Notes: a model not told the origin generated them from the letters alone. A DNA stretch of 64,000 bases from Isurus oxyrinchus (GCA_026770705.1 JANJGN010000041.1:6696001-6760000); one strand, 5' to 3'; shown: positions 1 through 13,344, numbered from the stretch's first letter. Program-made: numbers and translations.

Positions 1-709
1 GAGAAATACACGGCGCACATCTTCCCTCCAGGTCATCACTCCGTCGTTCCAGCTTCATCCCTCACAAATTGTCTGTTTTGATCACTTGCAAAGGTTGAAG
101 CCGTCCATCTACTTCAGTCGCCTACACCCTGCAGACCCGCTACGGGCTTCCATTTCCATTTTCAGCACAACCACAATCATGAGTTCGGAATCAAAACATC
201 ACCTGAAACCAGTAACAGACGTTGTTTATTCATTCCCACTGAGCAACAAAGGTTAACAGATCCGAAAGCAACGTTTTCAAGTCACCAGCTGTCACACTCT
301 GTGGGTGTTTAATGTTGCTGGGCAGCCTCTTCAGAGAAAATGGTTCAGTGCAGCAGCTCGAGCCATGTTTGGCAGCGTCGATATGCAAAAATTATAAAGA
401 CAAAAACGTGAATGTTCTTGGTTAGTTTGAAGCACAGGAATTATGGAAGACGCTCGATCAGCAGATTAAAAGTCACAAATCTCTTTGAAACCTTTAGTTG
501 CAGAAGGGAGGACATGCAGGACGCAATGATTTCACGGAAGCAAAGGATGCATGAGGATAGAATGTTTTGACGGAGATTTGTGTTGGTCCATTGAACAAAC
601 GGCTGATTGAATTTCAGGCGGAATGTTAACTGCCAAAAGAGAAATCTAAACACTTAATGCGAAATTGTGAGCACGGCTTCCACCGCACACTTTTCGAGCA
701 AAGACGTGC

Positions 710-782
710 CTCACCATCGGTGAATTAAACCACCGTCTCCCGGGTGACAGGCGGGGGATACTAACCACGATACTAACGAGGA
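710..782 (-). pseudogene. tRNA-Asp(GTC) pseudogene
   Basis: Reverse complement is TCCTCGTTAGTATCGTGGTTAGTATCCCCCGCCTGTCACCCGGGAGACGGTGGTTTAATTCACCGATGGTGAG. It matches vertebrate tRNA-Asp-GTC, but the B box (GTTTAATTC) and acceptor stem are mutated. Confidence 0.85.
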
Positions 783-3101
783 CAGGCCTGCCACATGTCC
801 CGAGAGGCAGTGAGATTCTGAGTTGCCTTGACATTTCCATTTTGAAGCATGTTACCCAGTTTTCCAGCACAATTTATACATTTACCTTCCAACAAAATAC
901 ACCAGATGTATCATCCCTCTAGAAATTTATCCAATCGCGTCAGTTTCTCCCGCCATCCAGAAGCAAAGGTGCTTCTTCTTCGGCTTTTTGCCTCATTGTG
1001 TCACTCGCAAAGTCTCATAAGGAATTCTGCTTCAGGCGCTAACCTCCTGCAACCACGCTGCGTGCTCCATTTTCCATTATCCAGAAAACAGTCAGGGGGT
1101 GGGAATCAAAACATCACATGTAAAAGGGCAAAATAACAGGTTATTTATTCATTTCCACTCAGCAACATAAGCAAACATGTCGGAACAACGTTTCCAAATC
1201 ACCAGTTGGCGCTTTCTGAATTCTTCAAACTTCAGGGAACCCTCTTCAGAGAGAAAGACTCAGTGCAGCGGCAGGAACCATGTAGATGCAGAAGGCAGGA
1301 CTAACAGGGGGCAAGGAGATCAGGGAAGCAGAGGCTGCATGGGGGAAACATATTTTGATTCAGACTGTTATGGGGCTATTGGTACGATTATACACAGGTC
1401 TGTTTTCATTTCAGGCTGAATTTTAACTGCCTAACGAGAAGTGCATAAAGGCGCTGAGGATAGCCTGTTCATGGCAACATAAACAAATACGTCCGAACAA
1501 AGTTGCCAAATGACCGTTCTGATGAAGCCTCCGATGCAGTCGAAACGACCATCCTATCTTGTTCTAGACAGATGCTGTCAGGCCCTCTGATACTTTCCAG
1601 CAATTTTTCATTTTGAGGCAAATGACCTGTTGTCTCACCCAGCGGGCAGTTTGACACTTCAGAGGGAAGGTCTTACTTGCGACGCACAGACCATGCATGT
1701 ATCGAATAGTTTACCTCAGCTTTTAACATAATTTATTCTGAAGTGGATAGAGAGCGACTTCAAAATCCAGGAACATTTTAGCAGGCAGAACTTTAGATGC
1801 AGTAGTGTGAGTTACCAGGTGGAAAAGATGTGAAGCATTGCTGACAGAACCAGGGGATACTTGGTGAAACGTTGTTTTTATGAATGATTATCTTGGCCTT
1901 TTGAGGACACTGCACGCAAGGTTGCTGTTTCCTTCTGCTTGAATCCTTATGTTCTGAAAGGAAGAGTTCACAGACCATAAGTAATGAACACATTCAGGAA
2001 TGACTTGAAAGAAGGGGGAAGTGCGATAAAATGAATATCTACTGAAATAAGATATTATTTAACCTATTTATTGGAAGTAATGGAAATTTGCGTGCCTTCA
2101 AATGTTAATCCTTTAGTGAGACTGCCAGTTTGCAACTCACCCAAATGCAAAGCTGGAATCGAAAAGTTTATCTCAACATTAAGCATTGTGTATTCAGAAG
2201 AGGTTATAGAGCGGCGTTCAAAATCCAAGCACATTTTGGCAGTCAGCACTTTAGTTGCAGTTTTGTGAGTTCCAGGCAGCAAAGATTTGAAGCATTGCTG
2301 ATAGAACCAGGGGATTTTTTGTCAAAACATAGTTTTTACGCATGAGTATCTTGGCCTTTAGAGGAGACTGCATGCAAGGTTGCTTTTTCATTCCATTTGA
2401 ATTTTTATGCGCTCAAGGGAAGTTTTCACAGACCATCAGTAATTTACAAATTCAGGAATGACGTGAAAGTTGGAGGATGTGCGATTGAATGAGTATCTCT
2501 GGAAATAAAATTTTGTTTTTCCTATTCGTTGCAGTAATGGAAATGTAAGTGCCTTTAAATGTTCTTTCTTTACTGGGTTTGTCAGTTTGGACCTCACGGA
2601 AACGCGATGCCTTCATTTTATTTGGCATTATGTCCATCACAACTCTATTTCAGACCTAAGCAGCATCGGCTACAGGCGACATGCAGTTGTGTCCGTGCCT
2701 GGAAGGCGTCATCGTCAGTTTGCCTTGGAAGCTCATTGGGGCCGGGATGTGAAGCATTTCCGGCTCAGCAATTACCACAAATTCTTTTAAGGCTTGCGCC
2801 GTGTCGTCTCTAATGTCTGTTCTGAGTTAGTAAAGTGCCCTGGATACACATGGAGATGCGTTATTTTGGGAAAAAGCTGGAAGAAAACAGAATGATGGCG
2901 GAAATGGCAGATGATCACAGGAAATGTTGATAACAAGCTAATACAAAAAATTTGTTCATGGTATATTTTGTCAAATCTGCCTTCTGACCGAAATGCTCTG
3001 TAGATGTTCCTTAGGTCGATCACCATTTGGAAATGAAAACCGGTTTGCGAATCCAAAGCATGAGCAGGAGTTCCAGCTCGCACAAGGAGAGCATGGACTG
3101 C

Positions 3102-3170
3102 ATCCCCGTCGTGGACTTGAACCCTGGTCACCCGGGTGACAGGCAGGGATACTCACTATACTAACGAGGA
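3102..3170 (-). pseudogene. tRNA-Asp(GTC) pseudogene
   Basis: Reverse complement is TCCTCGTTAGTATAGTGAGTATCCCTGCCTGTCACCCGGGTGACCAGGGTTCAAGTCCACGACGGGGAT. It has a 3-nt deletion in the D loop/A box and T-arm mismatches. Confidence 0.85.
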
Positions 3171-5231
3171 GAGATGCTTCCCAAGGGAGCTAGTGTATTC
3201 CGACTTGCACTGAGATTTTCATTTTGAAACGGTAGTGACACAGTTTGCCTGCACAATACAGATAAGTAACTTCCATGGGGTTTGAACGGGATGCATCTAC
3301 TTTCTTGAAAATCGCGACATGACGTCAGTTGTTCCCGTTGCCCAGAGGCACAGATGCTTCTTCCTCGGCTGCTTCCCTCATTTTGTCTCTTGCACAGTCT
3401 CGGAAAGAATAAGCAAGAATTCCAGCCGTCCATTTGCTTCAGCCTATCTCCTGCAGCCACGCTCCCCTCTCCATTTCCATAATCCACACAAACCAAGTCA
3501 TAGTGTCGGATACAAAACTTCAGATGCAACCGGTGAAGGAAGACGTGTCTTTTTTTCATTTCCACTTAGCAACGTCAGTAAACTTGTCAGATGGAACGTT
3601 TCCAAAGCATCAGATGCTGCTCTCTGCATTACAAGTTTTTCTTCGACCCTCTTCAGAAATAACGGCTTAGTGTAGCTGCAAGATCCACGGACGTAAAAAG
3701 GAGTATGCACAATGGATAACAAAAAACTTGAATTCTCATGGTCAGCTTTCAGCACAGAAATAAAACAAGGCGCTCGATCGAAGCGTTAAAAATCTCGAAT
3801 TGCTTGAACCCTGTCCCTGCAAAAGTGTGGACCAGAAGGAGGGGATGAGGTCAGCGGAGCAGGGGCTACATGTGGATAGCGTGTTTTGATGCAGTGGTAT
3901 CCGAGACTATTGGATAGGGTTTCCACAAGGCAGTTTTCATTTCAGACTGAATGTTAAGTGCCTAAAGAGCAGTGCAGAAATGCGGTGGGGCTAGTCTGCG
4001 TACGGCAGCATATGCAAACATGTTAAAAAGAAGTTGACAATTGAACGTTTTGAAGAAGTGCGCCACAGAATCTTAAATTAAACCATTCCTTTCCTTTCAC
4101 AAGATACTCTCAGGCCAGCTGATCCTTTTTTCCCAACAATTCAGCTGTCTTTGAGAATTGACCAGTTTTCTAGCCCAGCCTTGAATTTTACATCTGCATG
4201 TCAGACTTGGGACAGAACTTCTTAGTTTGGTGGAACAAGCCATGAATGTCTCGGGCAAAGCTGAAATCGAAAAGTTTATTTCAACATCAAGCACAGTGTA
4301 TTATAAAGAGGTTATAGAGAGGCGTTCAAAATACAGACACATTCTGGTGGTCAGAAGTTCAGTTGAAGTAGGGTGAGTAACAAGGCGGCAAAGATATGAT
4401 GCGTTGCTGACAGAACCAGGGGATTTTTGCCGAAATTTTGCTTTTACACATGATTACCTTGGCCCTTAGAGGAGACTGCATGCAAGGTTGCTGAATTTTT
4501 CGCCTTGATTTTTTATATGTTGAAGGGAAGTGTTCACATACCATAAGTAACGGCCAAATTCAGGAATGACTTCAAGGAAGGGCGGAGTGCGATTGAATGT
4601 GTACCTTTTGAAATAAGATTTTACTTTCCTATTTGTTGCAAGTATTGGGAATTTACCTGCCTTCAAATGTTACTTCTTTACTTAGTTTGACAGTTTGGAA
4701 CTCGCCGAAACGCACTGCGTACATTTCTGTTCTCACTCTGGCCATCACAAGCCTACTTCAGGCTTGGGCAGCATCTGGTATAGGCGACGTGGAGTTGTGT
4801 AGCTTCCTGGAAGTTGTAGTCGTCATTTAGCGCTGGATGCTCGATCGTGGGCGGGATGTGAATGACGTCACCCTCATCGGTCATCGTAAAGCCGGTTTCT
4901 GTCTTGTGCCGTTGTCGATTCAAAAGCATGTTTTTCTTAATAAAGTGCCCAGGATAAACATTGGGTTGCTTTATTATCTGAAAAATGTTGCAACATCTAC
5001 AAGTTGGAGGCAGACAGCAAGATTAAGTAAAGGGCCGTTTGCCGACAGGGGATTTTGACATCCTGATTTTTCCACGAACTTTGCTCATGATGTATACTTG
5101 CAAATCTGCCTTCTGCCCGAATTGATGAGGATGTGCCCTTTAGGCCGATATTCATCAGGAAATTACAACACATTAGCCAATCAAAGTCGTGATCACTCCT
5201 TCCCCAGCGCACATTTGGAACAGCGAATTTT

Positions 5232-5303
5232 CGCCCCGTCAGAGAATTGGACCCCAGTCTCGCCAGTGGAAGGTGGAGATACTCACCACTATACTAAGGG
5301 AAT
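5232..5303 (-). pseudogene. tRNA-Asp-derived pseudogene (anticodon now reads TCC)
   Basis: Reverse complement contains TTAGTATAGTGGTGAGTATCTCCACCTTCCACTGGCGAGACTGGGGTCCAATTCTCTGACGGGGCG. This is a tRNA-Asp body with broken stems. Confidence 0.75.
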
Positions 5304-5405
5304 CAGGCCTGCAGCTGTATTCCATGGGAGCCAGTGATATTCCACTTTGACGTTGGATTTCCATTTTCTAGCAACATTTACCCAGTTTCCTGCACAGATG
5401 CGAGT

Positions 5406-5573
5406 CTGAGAACAATCGATGAGGATGTTACAACAATGGATTTGACTCTGAGAGCAACAGAATTAAGTTTTGTAAAAATGTATTTGAAAGTCAGAACAAT
5501 CGATTTGAATGTTGCAAAACTGTTTCTGAAACTGAGATCAATTGGTTCGAACGTTACCACAAAGCAGTCAATC
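5406..5573 (+). repeat. Degenerate 21/42-bp minisatellite (~8 units)
   Basis: Units such as ctgagaacaatcgatgaggat / gttacaacaatggatttgact / gtcagaacaatcgatttgaat recur with a 21-bp period and alternate at 42 bp. Confidence 0.6.
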
Positions 5574-5879
5574 TGGGAACAAGAGAGTGGAATGTACAAA
5601 GAAGGGACAGCGGTTTATCTAACAGTTTTAACCATATTTCTGCAGATGATTAGTCGATAACTAAGCCAAATGGATCCATTTCGGACCAGTGTTTTAATAC
5701 ATTTATTCGTTATTGTGGCTATTGTTTGTCCCCCAGTAATAAACCCTACTCCGTGAGAAATTGTATGAACGATGGTTGACACTGTTACATTTATAGCCAT
5801 TTAATCTGCCCTGTTTTCTCTTTTTTTCTGAATCTCTGCTTTCAATTATTAACTCGAGAATGCATTCTCAACTTCCTGA

Positions 5880-6440
5880 TGATCACGGTAGCTCACTCTG
5901 CCATCATTGCTTTTGCGCACTTCCTGCTAAATCATTATATGTAGACACTATACCTGTAATCCATGATTTAATGCATTACCGTCTGTGATGCTTAAGATTG
6001 GGAAGATGGCTGATATTGTCCACATTTCCCAGCAATAACGGTTCCTGAACCAGTTTCTGGCCAATATCTGATGCTGAACCAGACAGATCAGAACCTCTGC
6101 CATCCATTTGACCCTGATTGACATGCGCCCCCATATCATCACACTCACCCAGTGCTTTTCACTCGATCCCCAACATTATATGAGAACATCTACTCCAGAT
6201 CACCCGCTGCCAAGGCCTCATCTGTTCTTTTGGGAAATCCAGGCTCAACTTTTCTAATTCTTTTCCTGGCAACACCAGTTACAATTCTGTATGAGCAAAA
6301 CTCATCTAAACAACTGCTGCCGATATCCGAACTCTCACAAAACCTCATTCAACCACAGCCCTTGTGCTCACTGACCTCTTTCGCTTTGGCAACAACTTAA
6401 ATTTAAATTGTATGTTGTTGTGATCCAATTCGTCCATGTC
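5880..6440 (+). mobile_element. L2-type LINE, 3' RT fragment
   Basis: Decayed match to the L2 ORF2 C-terminal region (LNQTxRNLxxxFDP...RPHI...SRLxxSN.LLA...KLI.N.AA). Confidence 0.55.
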
Positions 6441-6454
6441 GCCAAGATTACAAA

Positions 6455-6960
6455 CATACGAACACAGATAATATGAGCAGATGTAGGCTATTTGGCCCAT
6501 CGAGCCTTCTCCACCATTCAGAGAATTCATGGATGATCTGTTTGTGTCGACAAATTTCAAACTAACCCCATTAATTTTGATTCATTTTCATTGAAATAAT
6601 ATATTGACCACCATCTTAACAATATTCAATGTTCAAGCCTCCACCGCCTTCTAAGGCACAGAGTTCCAAAGTCAGATAAACCTCAAGGGGCAACAAGCAA
6701 AAAAAGCACAAACTCATAAACTCTGTCCTGAAAGGACAAAACTTTTTCTTTATTAAATAGATGCCTCTAATTCAGGGCTCACCCAACACATGAAAGATGG
6801 TTTCCCAATGCCTTGTCAAAAGCTTTCAGGTTCATATACACTTCAATTATTTCACCCCTCCCTCCTGTAAAATGCTGTGCAGGCAAAGATGATCTTCCTA
6901 CGCTTTCCTCACAAAACCTCCCATTCACTCCAGGTGACAACCTAGTGAGCCTTCTCTGAA
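6455..6960 (-). mobile_element. CR1 LINE 3' fragment
   Basis: Begins with the reverse-complemented CR1 3' end (gagcag.tgtaggc.atttggccc.tcgagcct.ctccaccattca). Confidence 0.6.
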
Positions 6961-6989
6961 GCGCGGGAAGTAGACGTGGATAGAGGACC

Positions 6990-8320
6990 AGTGACAGATG
7001 CAGATAGCCAAATACACCATCCCATTCTCTCAGTTCCTTCGATTCCGTCGCATCTGTTCTGATGATGCCACTTCCAAAAACAGTCTGATATATCCTCCTT
7101 CTTCCTTAACCAAAGTTTTACACCCACTCTGGTTGACCTGGCGTTCAACCATGTCCGGCCCATCGCCCGCACATCCGCCCTCACACATTCCTCTCCCTCC
7201 CAGAACCATGAAAGAGCCCGCATGTCCTCACTTAAAACCCCACCAGCCTCCAGATTCAAAGGATTATCCTCCACCATTTCTGCCAACTACAGCATGATGC
7301 CAGCACCAAACACATCCTCCCTTCACCCCCACTAACGGCATTCCACAGGGAGCACTCCCTCCTTGACACCCTGGTCCACTGCTCCATCACCCACTACACA
7401 TCTACCCCACACATAGCACCGTCCCCTGCACCCACAGAACGTGCAGCACCTGCCCCTTTACTTCCCCTCTCCTCACTGTCCATGTGCCCAAACCCTCCTT
7501 TCAAGTGAAGCAGCTTTTCACTAGCACTTCCCTCTATTTAGTCCACTGCATTCGTTTCTCCCAATGCCGTTTCCTCTCCATTGGTGAGAGCAAACGCAGA
7601 CAGGGTGTCTGCTTTGCAGAACACCTTCTGTCTGTCTGCAAGCATTACCAGACCTCCCTGCGCTTGCTATTTCAACACTCCACCCTGCTCTAATGCCAAA
7701 ATGTCCGTCCTTGGCTTGCTGCATAGTTCCAGTGAAGCTCAATGCAAACTGGAGGAACAGCACCTCCTCTTCCGAATAGGCACTTTACAGCCTTCCGGAC
7801 TGAATATTGAGTTCAACAATTTTAGATCATGAATTCTCTCCTCGATCCCCACCTACTTTCCGATACTCCCCCTTTTCCCAATAATTTATGTAGATTTTTT
7901 TTTTCATTTCCCTCATATTTCCATTATTTTTAGTTGTGTTTCCATACATTGCTTTATCTCTACCTGTTATCCTTTTTTCGATTCTTCACCACCATTACAG
8001 CTATCTGGTATTTGCTTTTCCTGCTTTCTATCCTTAATTAGCACATTCCTTACATAATATCACCACCTTCAACACCTCTTTGTCCTTTTGTCTATGACAT
8101 ATTTTGGCTATCTGCACATATCACTGGCCATCTATCCAGCTCTACTTGTGCCACCCACCCTTAAAAAGCCTATATTTCACATCTCTTCGAATTTTACTTA
8201 GTCTGTTCAAGAGCCATACGGTTTCGAAACGATAACTGTATTCCTGTCGCAGATTCTGGAAACCTGCTGAGTTTTTCCAGATATTTTTCTTTTTCTTTTG
8301 GATTTCCAGCATGCACAGAT
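6990..8320 (+). mobile_element. Penelope-like retroelement, 5'-truncated (thumb, GIY-YIG endonuclease, 3' pLTR)
   Basis: Translates as IPFSQFLRFRRICSDD, then FTSTSLYLVHCIRFSQC..SIGESKRR..FAEHL and EEQHLLFRIGTLQPSGLNIEFNNF, with frameshifts. The pLTR-like tail at 8115-8320 carries a decayed hammerhead core. Confidence 0.9.
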
Positions 8321-8814
8321 TTTTTTTTTTGCTTTTAAGTAAGTTATTAATATCAAAATCCCTCAAGATAAGCAATTCTGCAAGATTCGTATAATTTTTC
8401 GAACTTGTGTAATCCATTGAGACCTTTCTTGAGCATTCCGACTACATGTTAATTCCTCCAATACAGTGATTCCCTAGTTTTCCAGGGCAACAGGCAGTGG
8501 GTGCCAAATGACATCCCCCCTGCTCCTGTATTACAGGTGTGAAAATAGAATGAATTGTGTTCCCCCCTTTCCCTGTGTAATAGGATCGACAGAGGCTGAA
8601 TGTCTTCCTCCTGCTCGTCTGTAGCAAACACAAGAGGGACTGAATAGCCTTCTCCTATTTCTGCAAAACTTGCTCGAGGCATTGTATACCTATTCTATTT
8701 CAATTCTAAAATGCCCGGCGCTCAGAATGACCTTTTCCTGTTCCTGTGTAAAAGGCTGAAAGTTGCTGAATGTCTCTTAAAATCAGTCTTAATGACTCGA
8801 GAGAAGGGACAAAA

Positions 8815-9110
8815 AAAATGCATCTGCTTTTGCTGATGATATAGACCTCAGCAGAAAGGTAAGCTGACTGGGAGAACAGAAAGGTAAGCTGAGGGGGAGA
8901 TATAGAATGATGAATTAAGCTGTCAATATGATGTTAGATGGAGTGTCAGGTGTTGAAGTGTGAAGTCATTGACTTCCACCCTAATATTATGAAAGCAGTG
9001 TATAATATTTAAAAAGTGTGAAACGCGATGGCTTGCGTGCAAAAAAATCAATTAAGAGGGCAGATGATACTTTGACATTATTTGAAAGAGGATTGGATTA
9101 AAGGAATAAA
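8815..9110 (+). mobile_element. CR1 RT fragment
   Basis: FADD motif (tttgctgatgat) followed by a decayed W.M.F...KCEV.HF segment. Confidence 0.55.
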
Positions 9111-9409
9111 TAAATATATATATTGTTTACAATTAGGCAAAAAGTAAGATTTGAATATAGCGCTTAGCGGCTGCAGTTGGTCAATCGGCACTTTTATCCA
9201 ACTCCACTATTCATTAAGGTCATAACTGACCTGCTAGCTCAATGGTCCTAAATGGTCCATAAACCTCCCTGCTCCACCAACTCTCTCTAATTCTTCATTG
9301 AATAAATTCCACGACATAGCATTCATTGTTTTCCACCAGAATGCCACATAGTGACGAAACTCTGGAAAAAAAATACTGTCATCATTCACATGTCTATGTC
9401 CTTATTATT

Positions 9410-10800
9410 CTTTTATGGTATGTTGGCATCGCTGTCCAGGGAACCAGTCACTGCCCGTCCGATTCACCCTTGAGAAGGTCGTGGAGAGGTACATTCTTGA
9501 GCCGTGTCTGTGCAGGTGGTGCAAACAAACCGATAGTTCAGTTAGGGAGGTAGCTCCCGTGTCTGACCCAGCGTCAATGAAGGAATGGTGATAGTGCCAA
9601 GCCAGGATGCTGAGTGGCGGCGAGGAAAACCTGCAAGTGCTGGTCTTCCATGTGCCTGCTGCTCTTGTCATTCTCAATGGCAGCTCTTCTGGATTTGGGA
9701 TTTACTGTCTCAGGTAGAATGGTGTGCACCTCGGGAGAATATTGTAGCTGGTGCACAGTGCCGTCACTATTCATTGGTAGTGGAGGGAGCACACTTTTTT
9801 TAAAGGGCTGCCAACGAAGCTTTGTGGTGGATGGTTTTGAGGTACTTGAGGGCTATTGGAGCAGCTTTGATCCGGGAACTCCTGAGTTGCGCATTGTAGA
9901 TGATGGCCAAGTATTGGGGAGTCAGTTCTTGAGTTACTCGCAGCAGATTTCCAAGCCTCTGGCCTGCTCTTGTAGCCATGGTATTTGTATGGTTACGCCA
10001 GTTCAGTTACTTGTTAACGGTTGTTCCTAGGAGGATGATTGAGGGGGTTTCGGCAATCAGAACATCATTGAATGCCAAGGGACGATGGTTAAATTATTTT
10101 GGAGATAAAAACTGCTTCATAGTTATGTGGCGTGAACGTTAATTGACACTTCTCTCCCCAAGCCTGGACAATGTCCAGACATTCCTACATTTGGGCATGT
10201 TTGAGGTGTTTGAGGTGTTGCAAATGTTCTGTCCATTGAGCAATCGTCATTGAACTTCCCACCTCTGATGAATGACCTGCAACTATTACTACCATATTCA
10301 TTTGTGCCAGATATGACTCCATCCGACGGAAAGTTTTCCCATAGATTTGCCTTGACTCCAGTTAGTTGAGGGCGCCTTGATGCCACAACTGAACAAATCC
10401 TGCTTTGATATTAAGTGCGGTCACTGTCGCATCACATCTGGCATTCAGCTCTTGTCTCCATATTTAGACCATGGCTGTGATGCTATTGGGAACAGAGAGA
10501 ACCTTGTGGAATCCAAACTGGGCCTCAGTGAACAGAGTACTGCTGACCAGATGCACTTGATGAGCCCTTTCATTACTGTCCTGATTATGAAATTGAGGCC
10601 GATGGGACTGTTAATCAATGCTTGGGTTTGTGCTGTGTGTTCATGTATCATGTCTCTGGGCGATTTTTCACATATTTGTGTAGATGCCAGTGTTGATCTG
10701 TACTGCAGCATCATGGGAATGGCATCATGGGTTCACAAGCCTTCAGTACAATTGCCAGAATATTCTCGGTGCCCAGCGTCTTGCAGTATCCAGAGATTCA
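9410..10800 (-). mobile_element. CR1-group (Zenon-like) LINE, 3' part
   Basis: Reverse complement of the common 3' tail (caccaccttctcaagggc...gccagcgatgcc.acat) followed by decayed RT sequence. Confidence 0.65.
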
Positions 10801-10834
10801 GCAGCTTCCATCTGGCGCATCATTGAGAGACTCA

Positions 10835-11950
10835 GACAGGCCTTGCCAAATTTTCTATTGAATCAGTGGAAAATGAATCAAATCCTCCCTTCGATTCACA
10901 TCTTCAGAAGTCAGATCAACCTAACGAAGCACAAGGAATATCTTATCTTCATCGCTCAGACCAGGGGTACAAACAAGAAGAAGCGCAACATTTATTGCTG
11001 CCATGCCCTTTACAATAATGTTTATTTTCTTTACCTGAGACCCCATCATCGAAATTAGCTCATTTTGAATATGACGTCCAAGCAAGTGCTCAGGAGTGCA
11101 TTAGTCTTTGAGGCTTGGGACATGTCCTTGCATAATAGGGTCGAATTTAGCTCTAATGTCAATTAATCCAAGAAATGATCCATTGTTGTGTTCATAACGT
11201 CTTGCATGTATTCAACGAAATTCTGAGTTATGATCAAGTAAGCGCTGAACGACGGCTATAATGCCTCTCAACGTTGATTGTCATTTTTCTTCACCTTGTT
11301 TATTTATCTCTGTGCTTAGTCATCCAATGCCTTCATTTATGGGAATTTTTGCTTTGTTTCAGTCAATTGTCTTGCGTTTCTAAAATGTTCCTTTGACAAT
11401 TCGATGACACTGCAAACTTTCATTGAGATGTTTCCAGGCACTGCAACATTCCTTTCATAATTTCCGTGCGGTTTCTGAGGCGTACAATTTGCAGCAGGAT
11501 CAAAAAAGCCGCATTAGCGATTTTTTCATGTACACCAGGCAATTTGTTTCAACCCTTTCCCAGTTTGACATTTCCAGTGAGGTTAAGTCTTCTGAAAAGT
11601 TTCGTTGTCACCGTGGTTTGGAAAGACATAGACACAGCCCATTATTTTCACAGCCCCTTCCTCAATGTATAGTCTATCGTCCTCTTGTTGAATAAATCTG
11701 GCCAATTTGCTTGACCATATATTACTTCTTCAGTGGTAAGCCCGGTGGAAGAAATCTCTATTTCATCAACCTGTTTATGTTTTGCACTTGTGTCCTCTTC
11801 CTTGGCTGCGATGGTACATTCGGTGGAGTGCATTAATTCAATATTTTGCAGATTTGCCGAAAACCTTTTCAAAGGCTTCTAGTTTTCCGAAAAACATTTT
11901 AGGCTCTTTTCATTCTCTGGTATTTTTGATGTCTTTTCTGCGGACCCGAG
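10835..11950 (-). mobile_element. hAT-family (ZMYM1-like, TTF zinc finger plus DUF4371) transposase relic
   Basis: Minus-strand translation with stops and frameshifts: NCLVY...LF*SCCKLY, WKHL...ELSKEH, LRGIIAVVQRLLDHNSEFR, NNGSFLGLIDIRAKFDPIMQGH, HIQNELISMM, CTPGLSDEDKIFLVLR*VD. Confidence 0.85.
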
Positions 11951-13344
11951 CGATATTTCCCCCATTTTCCCTGTCTCTGGTGGTGCTAACGTTTGTATCC
12001 TAAATACGAATAGGGCTGCTCATTTGTGTCACATAAACAGACACATTTCGAACTTACCCAGAAATGAAAGGTCACCTGCATTCGCAGATCATCCACTGCA
12101 GTCCATATCCCGCCCTCCAAGCGCGGTGCCAGGCGCATTCGCTACAATTTTCCATACCCAAGGCACAGCTCTGTCTACCACACTCTAACATCGAAGCACA
12201 GGCACCTTGGTCCCACCATTCTATCACATTCTTTAGGAGAGTGACATTTTGAGTCTATTTCCCCTCAATACCCCTTCTGCCAAATTGCATTACTTTACAT
12301 TGCAATACATTAAATTGCATCTGCTAACCCCCTGCCCATTCTGCTCGTCTCTACATGTCCTATTGCAACGGCATGGTATCATTCTGACTGGTTAACTTCC
12401 ACCCCACCATGTGTGCACCACTAACACATTTTGAGACGTTGTGCTGTAATCCAAGATACAACTGGTTTATATCGAGCAAAAAATATAACAAAGCCAGATT
12501 TGTATGGAAAGTCATTTGCTTCCATCATGCAGACTGAAACAAAGCAATGACAAATAGTTTCTGTTCTCTGTGCATTACCGAAATAGGTGCATTTGGAAAG
12601 CGACCCCTCCCCCTCCCCCTCCCACAACCCGCGCCTCTATCCTCCTTAATGAGTCTAAATGTTCTTTAGGAGCCTTCTCTGCGATACGTTGTCAATGAAT
12701 CTCTCAAAAGCCACTTCACCATGTATTCTCTGCATTAATCTTCTCTGCTGTGATATCAAAATTCAACTAGTTTGTTCAAGCACGTTCTTAGTTTAAGGCA
12801 TCGCATTACAAACCAGAGATCATTCTTAATTAAACCCAACAGTCTCCAATTCCTGGCTCTTCTCTTGGGATTCAGGGCAGGTTTAATTATTCTTTTAGTG
12901 CTGCAGCTGAGCGGTGAGAGCAGAGATTTAGAGAGAGCGGGGAGCTGAGCACGAACAGGTGATGTTTTTTTAAAAAAAGAGGGGGTGTTGAGGCACCAGG
13001 GCAGAAACGTAAAAAGAGCAGGAGCTGAGCTACCAGATGAGACATTTAAAAGCATCCAGCGAGATATTCAAAGCAGGTATTAGAAAGTGGCTGCTCCCGA
13101 ATAACAGAATTAAAAATATGGGGAGCTTGATTATCAAAACACAGATTGGAAAGTAAAAAGGCGATCTCCTCCCAAAGCAGAGATTTATAAAAGTGCGGGA
13201 GCTAAACAGGTAGAGCATAGTATCATAAGTAGAAGGAAGCATTGTCTCGGACATTGATTTGGCTATCGTAGTACAGAGCTGTCAGACTGGAGAAATGGGA
13301 ACCGCAGTAGCTGTGCAGCCACAGAGACAATGATAATTTATTAT

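Larger units (their letters stand above)
1..5400 (-). repeat. Degenerate tandem array of ~2.1-2.4 kb tRNA-Asp gene units
   Basis: The sequence following each tRNA copy (783ff, 3171ff, 5304ff) is mutually similar. Bases 1-360 match ~960-1280 and ~3350-3690. Internal sub-blocks at ~1770-2150, 2200-2600 and 4300-4700 also repeat. The array runs off the left edge. Confidence 0.8.
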
